64,000 nt of DNA. Source: Candidatus Dojkabacteria bacterium. Its GTDB lineage: Bacteria > Patescibacteriota > Dojkabacteria > B142 > OLB20. This document shows positions 57,117 to 64,000 of this stretch, piece after piece (position 1 is the stretch's first letter; each line of letters opens with the position of its first letter). The DNA is taken from NCBI GenBank assembly GCA_046753765.1, contig JBHHUN010000005.1, forward strand, positions 4,430 to 68,429, written 5' to 3'. Made by a program: the position numbers and the translations under genes. Below the pieces are notes generated by a model. It was not told where the DNA came from. It did not search any database and was given only the letters and a program-made list of their open reading frames with translations.

Positions 57117-60100
57117 ATGTTGTTTGTACGAAGACATTTACCTCTAATTGTATTTTCATTATTCTGGATTTTTGCAGCCGGAGCGCTGTTTATGTTGTCG
57201 GATTGGAACGTAACAGGGCAGGTTCTGGTAGGAAATCAGGCTAAAGCCAGAGAGATTGTCAATCGCAGCAGGGATTTTGACCTGAACAATGTGGTTGTTG
57301 TCTATAAAGACGAGCCGGATGAGGTAAGGCTAATCTCTGTTTCCGATACCGTCGAGACACGATCTTCAGGAGAGAGAACCGAGATAGCTGACCTCTACAT
57401 CACTGGTGAGATTGATCCCGACCTTTTTGAAATACAACAGAAGAAATCCAGGCTCGAACAAAAGATATACGATCTGCTCGAGGACGAGAGCGTGCTCCAC
57501 GTTCAGCCTCAATACATCTACCACACGAATTCATGGGGACGCTCTGGCAGTCAGGATACCCCTGATGACTTTGATACGATTTCGCCAACTACTGGTGAGC
57601 ACTGGTACTACGAGATGGCCCACCTTCGTGAAATGTGGCAGGACCAGGATTGTTTTGGTAGCGGGCCAAATTGCGGAGGAAATACCGGAGGCGTAGTTGC
57701 TGTAATAGACACAGGGCTGGCATATGAGACAAGAAAATCAGCATGGCAGGATAATTTTGCAAAGAACGATGATATGTTCAACGGAACCAGTATCACTCTC
57801 TATACCAACGCGGGAGAGATACCTAATAACCTTATTGACGATGATGGTAACGGTTACCGAGATGATTACAACGGCTTCAACGCCGACGATTACGTTTTTT
57901 GTCTCCCCCCCGAACCTCAGGATCCACCGTGTACGACCGCAGAGTGGGCCGAGGAGGGGCATGCTTACGACGATGACGGGCACGGAACATACACAACCAG
58001 CATGATAGCTTCATTGGTAGATAACACTTTTGGTAGTGTATCCCCGGGGTTCAATCTCACGATAATGCCAATTAAGGCCTCTGATTTTCACTCACCCAGT
58101 TTTGGTACGGCTGAGCTTGTTGCCGCTATTGACTACGCCATGAACAACGGTGCCGATGTAATAAATATGAGTCTTGGCGGGCCGACTGATGATCCTGTAT
58201 TGAGCGCCAAAATCGACGAGGCAGTTGCAGCAGGCGTATTTGTTGTCGCTGCAAGTGGTAATGGGGGAGGTGCTGTAGGGTATCCAGCAGCAAACACAGG
58301 CACATTTGCAGTTGGCGCCGTTGCTGCCGATGATGCCAGGGCTTGTTACTCCAGTTTTGGAGCAGAACTTGATATGGTGGCCTATGTTGGTGACGGTGAT
58401 GGTTCGTGCCCTATCTCTGTTATAGGAGAGGGGACGGCGGCTTATCAAAGAACTTACTCCTGTTTTTTCACTTCGCCCGACTGTAATGATCTAGGTGGCA
58501 GTGAAGACTACGAGACGTTTTCGACAAGCTATAGTCTTGGTACATCATTTGCCGCTCCGCAGGTATCTGCGATGGCAGGAATCCTAAGAGCGATTGGCCC
58601 AAGCACGCCAGTTTCAGAGCTTGAATCTATCCTTATAGGTAATGCAACCGACCTAGGGCCCGCAGGGTTTGATACTGCTACCGGCTATGGTGTTTTGGAT
58701 TGGGAGGCGACATTTGCAGCTGCTATTGCCAGTGAAGCACCGACCTTATCGGTCATAGAGCCAAATGGGGTCGGCGATGGTGCAGATGCATCATTTAACA
58801 TCACCTGGACTGATACAGACTCTGATAACGACGCAGCAATCAACTTCTATTACGATCTTGACTCCTCAGGGGAGGATGGAACCTTAATAGCAGACTGCTC
58901 TAACATTAGTGAGGACGATGAAACAGACAGTTGTACGTGGGATATGCGGTTTATGCCCGAAGACGACTATTACATCTATGGATGCATTGCAGACTTCTTT
59001 AACCCTGTAGATTGCAATAACTACGGCGCTGGTCCAATAACTTTAACTCACGCTGTTAAACGCGACTGGAACACACATACTGTAACTACAAGCTGGAGAA
59101 CTATCAGTTTTACAACCAGTTTTGACACTGTTCCAATAGTAAGTGCACAGATTACATCAGAATGGGGAAGGGATAGAATCTATCTGGATGTAAAAGATGT
59201 AACTATAAGTGGGTTTAGTACACGAATACGAGAAAACACTGTTACAGGATGGAATGGTGGTCATGGAAGTGAGGAGTTGAGCTGGTACGCTGTTCAAAGC
59301 ACCAGTACGGGAGAAATTGTAGGTCAGATAGATCTCACTGGCCCGGGATGGACTAGTGTAACTTTTCCACAGGCATTCGGGTCAACGCCTCATGTGTTTG
59401 CTAACCTTCAAACCCAGAACGATACAGCGATCGCCTATGTTGATCTGAGAAACATCACAACCACGGGTTTTGAAGCCAGGATAGAAGAGCCGACGGGGCT
59501 TGCAAATGACCACGCAACAGAAACGGTTGGCTGGGTGGCATTCAGTGATCACCCCGATGCTGAAGAGGGCAGTGTTATAGCGAATCATGTGCGCAAGACT
59601 GTGACATATGCTACTTCGTTTACTGCACCACCTGTGCTGCTAGCGCAGATTCAGACCAACAACGACGGAAGAAGATCAACGGTCGATGTAGGCGGAACAA
59701 AGGACTACCGCAGCAGGCTTTGGGTAGGAGAGGATACGAAAGTGCATGATGGAATTCATGATAACGAAACAATAAGCTGGGCGGCGTTCCCTTATACACC
59801 GCCTAACGATGTAGGAGTTGCTCAGTCCCTCACTGACGACTGGACAGAATACCCATTCGACCAGCCCTTTGAGGACACGCCAAAGATGTTCGCTGATATT
59901 AACTCTGAAAATGGGACGGACACAGTAGATGTTGACCTGAGAAAAATTACAAGGCGTAGCTTTCAAGCCAGGATTGAGGAGGATCCGAAGGCGGGATGGA
60001 ACAACAAACACATGGACGAGGATATAACCTGGTATGCTTTTTATATAAGACCCACAGGTAGCAAAAACGGTAACCTAACCACAAATCAAAACTGGACTAA

Positions 60101-60548
60101 CTCTGGAATAGGTGGTGGCGGATTTGGTTCGACACCGATGGTGTTTGCCGAGATTCAAACAGATAATGGAGGTGATACGGCAGCAGTAGATGTTAAGGCT
60201 ATCACCCCGACAGGCATGAAGCTCAGAGTAGAAGAGGATAAAGTAGCTGGCCATAACGGCAATCACACAAATGAAACAATCTCATGGTGGGGTTTCACAT
60301 CTGCACCCTTCGGTCAAGCGGGTCTGGATTCAGTTGATCACAACTGGAAAACGGTAACATTTCCGATTGCGTTTAGTACCGTCCCCAAATTGCTTTTTGA
60401 AGTAAACAGTGAAAATGGCGGGCAAACAGCTATGGTAGATGTACGCAACATCACTACTGCTGATTTTGAAGTGAGAGTGGAGGAAGAGCCAAAAAGATAC
60501 GATGGGAGCCATGCTTTCGAAGATGTGGTCTGGCTCGCCTGGGAGTAA
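57117..60548 (+). CDS. Paralogous secreted S8 subtilisin-like protease with the same architecture (six C-terminal ~82-aa repeats)
   Basis: Only 16 bp after the first copy. VVAVIDTGLAYE, HGTYTTSMIAS, GTSFAAPQVSAMAGIL and DDDGNGYRDD. Six repeats ending at VVWLAWE, the same C-terminal end as copy 1 (VSWLAWE). Confidence 0.75.
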   Translation: MLFVRRHLPLIVFSLFWIFAAGALFMLSDWNVTGQVLVGNQAKAREIVNRSRDFDLNNVVVVYKDEPDEVRLISVSDTVETRSSGERTEIADLYITGEIDPDLFEIQQKKSRLEQKIYDLLEDESVLHVQPQYIYHTNSWGRSGSQDTPDDFDTISPTTGEHWYYEMAHLREMWQDQDCFGSGPNCGGNTGGVVAVIDTGLAYETRKSAWQDNFAKNDDMFNGTSITLYTNAGEIPNNLIDDDGNGYRDDYNGFNADDYVFCLPPEPQDPPCTTAEWAEEGHAYDDDGHGTYTTSMIASLVDNTFGSVSPGFNLTIMPIKASDFHSPSFGTAELVAAIDYAMNNGADVINMSLGGPTDDPVLSAKIDEAVAAGVFVVAASGNGGGAVGYPAANTGTFAVGAVAADDARACYSSFGAELDMVAYVGDGDGSCPISVIGEGTAAYQRTYSCFFTSPDCNDLGGSEDYETFSTSYSLGTSFAAPQVSAMAGILRAIGPSTPVSELESILIGNATDLGPAGFDTATGYGVLDWEATFAAAIASEAPTLSVIEPNGVGDGADASFNITWTDTDSDNDAAINFYYDLDSSGEDGTLIADCSNISEDDETDSCTWDMRFMPEDDYYIYGCIADFFNPVDCNNYGAGPITLTHAVKRDWNTHTVTTSWRTISFTTSFDTVPIVSAQITSEWGRDRIYLDVKDVTISGFSTRIRENTVTGWNGGHGSEELSWYAVQSTSTGEIVGQIDLTGPGWTSVTFPQAFGSTPHVFANLQTQNDTAIAYVDLRNITTTGFEARIEEPTGLANDHATETVGWVAFSDHPDAEEGSVIANHVRKTVTYATSFTAPPVLLAQIQTNNDGRRSTVDVGGTKDYRSRLWVGEDTKVHDGIHDNETISWAAFPYTPPNDVGVAQSLTDDWTEYPFDQPFEDTPKMFADINSENGTDTVDVDLRKITRRSFQARIEEDPKAGWNNKHMDEDITWYAFYIRPTGSKNGNLTTNQNWTNSGIGGGGFGSTPMVFAEIQTDNGGDTAAVDVKAITPTGMKLRVEEDKVAGHNGNHTNETISWWGFTSAPFGQAGLDSVDHNWKTVTFPIAFSTVPKLLFEVNSENGGQTAMVDVRNITTADFEVRVEEEPKRYDGSHAFEDVVWLAWE
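59070..60545 (+). repeat. Six in-frame tandem ~82-aa domain repeats within the second S8 protein
   Basis: Repeats begin at NTHTVTTSWRTISF, LTGPGWTSVTF, ANHVRKTVTY, LTDDWTEYPF, TNQNWTNSGIGGGGFGSTPMVF, VDHNWKTVTF. Confidence 0.65.
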
Positions 60549-60623
60549 TGCAATATTGCTGTAGAAACAACGATGTAAGATATAATTAACTCAGACACTG
60601 ATAAAACGTATTAGTGAATAACA

Positions 60624-62183
60624 ATGACCATACTGCGGAAAAACAAAACATTTCTAATCTTGATCCTGTTGATCTGGGGAGCACTGCTGTTAGTGGGTGT
60701 TCAGGCGGGGGCTCCTGACCCTGAGCCGGCTGGCACAGTGGAAGACGTAAACTCAGGTGAAGTTACTCCACCAGAGACATTGGGAGTAATTGCAACCTCA
60801 AGTCCAACCCCGACACTACCTCTAGATAATGAAGTATCTGAAGAAATCGAAGATACCAGTGCTCCGAGCCCGAAACAAAGCACAAAACCAAAATCTCCCG
60901 GAGCTACGAAATCACATCAGGAGAACGATTCGGGAGAAATCGACACACTAAATTTGGGAGATCTAGCGTCTGGCAGCTTCTTGTTCTCCGTAGACGAAGA
61001 TTTCTCGGCCTACGGCTTTCAGTGGGAAAGCGGATCGTTCACCTTCTCCTGGGATGGGATTAACTACCAGCCACCGACTTTGTTAGGCGAGCACGTAAGA
61101 GACAACTATGCTGGTCAGAAGGCAACTAATCTGTATTTTGGTGCCCCCGATTCTAAGAAGCTATATATAAAAACTGGTCGCGTAAGCGACCTCAAGCTCA
61201 GTTTAATAACACCAACAGAAAGCGATGATGGATTTGGTATTGCGGCAGGTGTAGCTGACTATATGGGGGCAACCTATACAGAGCTCCCAATAATCTCGCG
61301 AGCGCAGTGGGGGGCTGATGAGTCAAAAGCGTTGTGGGATCCATCTTATGGTCCGATTCAGAGAATCATTGTCCATCATACAGCCGGATCAAACAGCGCG
61401 AGCAACTGGGATGCTGTTGTGAGATCAATTTTTAACTACCACGCTGTAACCCTTGACTGGGGGGACATTGGCTATAACTACCTTATTGCCCCTAACGGAA
61501 ACATCTATGAAGGACGTAAAGGAGGGGAGGGAGCGACAGCCGCCCATACTTACCTGCATAACTATGGAAGTATAGGAATTGCCATGATAGGAACCTACTC
61601 CAGTGTACCGCCGAGCAGTGCCGCAATGGATTCGCTAAAAAGACTGATCGCAGAAAAATCTGCGGTTCATAATATCGACACAGTGACCTGGCAGTCAAAC
61701 TACTATGGTCACCGTGACTGGAACTCAACCACATGTCCTGGTACCACTTTATATGGAATTCTTCCGAATAAGGCCAACTGGATTAATTCCCACCAGGACA
61801 GTCAGTATCCTGAGGTCTTTGCAGCCCGTGCAGCCGCGGAACTGGCGTATGATGCTGCTAACCCTTTCCCAACACCACAAAAAACTGATCTCGTGATAAC
61901 GTTTGATCGACCATTCACAGTAAGTGAAGCTGAGATACAAGCAATGATCCCGCCATATAGCGGCATAAAAGTAAGTGGCGTATTCGGGAATAAGGTCCAT
62001 CTAACACTGATTAAATACTACGATGGGGGCTCACAGTTTATGGACTTCAGGTCCAAACTTCTACGCACTCTTTTCAGCCTTGATGGTGAGGTGAAGGATA
62101 TTGAGTATGTCGGCGACTTCTTCATCTTTGACGAAAATCTGGGTACACCGACTCCCACGCCATCCCCATCACCGACACCATAG
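60624..62183 (+). CDS. N-acetylmuramoyl-L-alanine amidase (Amidase_2/PGRP domain), TM-anchored with PT-rich linker and C-terminal domain of unknown function
   Basis: PGRP-like domain SRAQWGADESKALWDPSYGPIQRIIVHHTAGSN ... GDIGYNYLIAPNGNIYEGR ... HRDWNSTTCPG. N-terminal TM helix, a PT/S linker, and a C-terminal PTPTPSPSPTP tail. Confidence 0.75.
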   Translation: MTILRKNKTFLILILLIWGALLLVGVQAGAPDPEPAGTVEDVNSGEVTPPETLGVIATSSPTPTLPLDNEVSEEIEDTSAPSPKQSTKPKSPGATKSHQENDSGEIDTLNLGDLASGSFLFSVDEDFSAYGFQWESGSFTFSWDGINYQPPTLLGEHVRDNYAGQKATNLYFGAPDSKKLYIKTGRVSDLKLSLITPTESDDGFGIAAGVADYMGATYTELPIISRAQWGADESKALWDPSYGPIQRIIVHHTAGSNSASNWDAVVRSIFNYHAVTLDWGDIGYNYLIAPNGNIYEGRKGGEGATAAHTYLHNYGSIGIAMIGTYSSVPPSSAAMDSLKRLIAEKSAVHNIDTVTWQSNYYGHRDWNSTTCPGTTLYGILPNKANWINSHQDSQYPEVFAARAAAELAYDAANPFPTPQKTDLVITFDRPFTVSEAEIQAMIPPYSGIKVSGVFGNKVHLTLIKYYDGGSQFMDFRSKLLRTLFSLDGEVKDIEYVGDFFIFDENLGTPTPTPSPSPTP

Positions 62184-62212
62184 CAGCGCAAGCGTTTTAG
62201 GAGGGTCATGAA

Positions 62213-63079
62213 TTACTCAGGGATAGGGGATTCTATCTTGTTTGGAACCCCGTAATCCCAGAACCGGCCGTTTTCGTTGAACCCCTTCTCTTCGAAGTTA
62301 CGGAAATAGACTATCTGATAATCTTCGTTAACCTTTACCTGCACTATTGTCTCAACAAGTTGGTTGAAGTCATTAACTTTTTCGCCTTCGGCAGTCAGGA
62401 CACGAACCCTCTGTGTGCCGCGCTGCTCAAATGACGACTCAATAGTTTGTTGTGACTGGATCAGATCGACGACATCAACAATGGCAGTCTGTGCTGATGG
62501 TGTTATCGTTGCTTTTTCCCATGGACTCTCTGAGTTAGATGCGTTGTAGAAGAAGGCAGTGTTTCCAATTCTGTACTCTGCAGGCGGAGGATCAAACTTC
62601 ATCCCATCTGAACATACCTGTGCAAGAAAGTAAGACGTAAAACTTTTATTTGGAGAGGTGTGCTCCGAGTAGGATCCATAGCATTCATCTTTAGTAAGAT
62701 CAGAGAAGTCTCCAGTGGCTTTGAAGTGCTTAGTTTTTCCGAGCTCGATCTCCAGTGAGGTTAAAAAATCACGCGATTCGCAATCCTGGAAACACTTCTG
62801 CAATCTCGTAAGCTCTTCTTCGGGTGTTTCGGTAATCTCCGGCGTGGGCGTTGGTGAATCCGTTGGGATTGGCGTGACCACTGGTCCTGGTGTGGATCCT
62901 TGTTGCCCCATAAGGGCAATCACTCCGCACAGTAAGAGAAGGTTTAATACAGCTGAAAATATCAATATTGATTTAAGGTAGCTAGCATCGTTGAAGATTG
63001 ATTTAAGGGTTAATCCTGATTTTGGGCCAATCAGTTCTTCTTGAACGACTTCACTGGGATTCTGGGAGTCAGACGACAT
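62213..63079 (-). CDS. TM-anchored exported protein with PT-rich linker, unknown function
   Basis: 288 aa; TM ILIFSAVLNLLLLCGVIALM, linker PVVTPIPTDSPTPTPEITETPEEE, then a Cys-containing soluble domain. Confidence 0.4.
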   Translation of the reverse strand: MSSDSQNPSEVVQEELIGPKSGLTLKSIFNDASYLKSILIFSAVLNLLLLCGVIALMGQQGSTPGPVVTPIPTDSPTPTPEITETPEEELTRLQKCFQDCESRDFLTSLEIELGKTKHFKATGDFSDLTKDECYGSYSEHTSPNKSFTSYFLAQVCSDGMKFDPPPAEYRIGNTAFFYNASNSESPWEKATITPSAQTAIVDVVDLIQSQQTIESSFEQRGTQRVRVLTAEGEKVNDFNQLVETIVQVKVNEDYQIVYFRNFEEKGFNENGRFWDYGVPNKIESPIPE

Positions 63080-63199
63080 AGTTATTGTTAAACGCTTGAC
63101 TACCAGTCTAGCATATTTCTTGTGTTTGGGGATCTCCCAGCCTAAAATAAACTACGTTGGCAAAATCCAAACAAAAAACAAAAAGGGATCATTCATTAG

Positions 63200-64000
63200 A
63201 TATGCTCAGAGGATTGGCGGTTGTTCTGATGCTTTTTGCGCACTCGGTCAGCTTCTTCAATTCAATGCAACATCCGGTACTTAGATTTGTTGGCAAGTAT
63301 GGTAACACCATTGTGTTTACGACCTTTCTATTTGTGTCGGGTGCAGTGGCTTATATTTCCTACATGTCCGTGTCTTCAGAAAAGAAGTGGAAAGAGAAGA
63401 AAAACAAGATTCTAATTCGTTCCGCTAAGTTATTGTTGACGTATTATCTGGTAGCCTTTTTCGCAAGCATAAAAGTGTTTTATTCTGAGGGCGTGAGCCA
63501 GTGGCCACGGCTGGTTTACGAGATACTGCTGCTGGTCAGAGTTCCATCGTTTAGTGAGTTCTTGATCCCCTTTGTTATATATGGATTATTGATAATCCCT
63601 TTTAGAAAGATTCTTAAGTTTATTGCTGACAATTACTTAGTGATGATTCTCACTGGTGTCCTGGTTTATCTGATTGGCGTCATTATGTACTCTGTTAGAA
63701 TTCCTGCCCCGTTCGTTTACTATACCTCGTTCTTATCAGGGTACTCGGATTGGTTTAGGTTCCCAGTGCTGCAGTACTTTCCTGTATTCATCTTGGGGGC
63801 GTTTTGGGGCGGAGTGACCTTGAGGAGCACCCAGGCAAATAAGATATTAACCGCCTTGGTTGTACTGGGGGCGTTGGTACTTGGATTCCTCACAATAAAC
63901 TTCAGTGCTTATTCGGCACCAACGCTGGAGGTTTATGAGGTCGGAGTATTTTTTAATAGGTGGCCGCCTTCGGTAAACTTTATCCTCTTCGGACTAATGA
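63200..64000 (+). CDS. Polytopic membrane protein, acyltransferase-3/DUF1624-like (tentative); 3'-truncated by window end
   Basis: Open frame from ATG 63200 to the window end with no stop. N-terminus MLRGLAVVLMLFAHSV is typical of acyltransferase-3-type membrane proteins; multiple TM helices. This ORF is absent from the supplied track because it has no stop. Confidence 0.4.

Noticed and set aside
1-64000. Search for CRISPR arrays, IS elements, integrases, phage structural genes and long direct or inverted repeats
   Set aside because: No regularly spaced direct repeats and no transposase, integrase or recombinase motifs were recognised in any ORF. The only repeats are in-frame protein-domain repeats.
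1-64000. Alternative genetic code (UGA recoding, as in some CPR lineages)
   Set aside because: Long ORFs, including the conserved rpoB, rpoC and ftsZ, are intact and correctly terminated under code 11, and gene boundaries are tidy, so there is no need to invoke stop-codon reassignment.

Overview
This 64 kb window is gene-dense, about 45% GC, and reads cleanly under genetic code 11 with frequent TTG/GTG starts. No transposases, integrases or CRISPR arrays were seen. Housekeeping content: Fe/Mn superoxide dismutase, rarA, an rpoB-rpoC-rpsL-rpsG block, rpmH-rnpA, rpoD, a partial division cluster (ftsQ-like, ftsA, ftsZ), rpsO, trxA, gltX, a murF-like ligase and two minus-strand tRNAs (Ser-CGA, Arg-GCG). 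Many proteins are small or membrane-anchored, some ribosomal proteins carry insertions or extensions, and PT-rich linkers recur. Together these suggest a reduced-genome, possibly episymbiotic bacterium (Patescibacteria/CPR-like); this is inference, not proof. The most striking accessory content is a surface-protein locus at 51.1-62.2 kb. It holds a PEP-synthase-N-terminal-like ATP-grasp protein with a degenerate phospho-His domain, two tandem paralogous ~1,100-aa secreted S8 subtilases each ending in six ~82-aa repeats (possibly H-type-lectin-like), and a PGRP-type peptidoglycan amidase. Other candidates are a Mur ligase with a ~200-aa membrane N-terminus followed by FemAB and CHAP genes, an 841-aa GH5-like protein with Cys-rich modules, a LexA-like regulator that has lost its cleavage motifs in an operon with ArsR and SOD, a hairpin plus T-tract between rpsL and rpsG, and a possible structured ncRNA at 5.03-5.19 kb. 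All homology calls rest on motifs read by eye; none were checked against a database.
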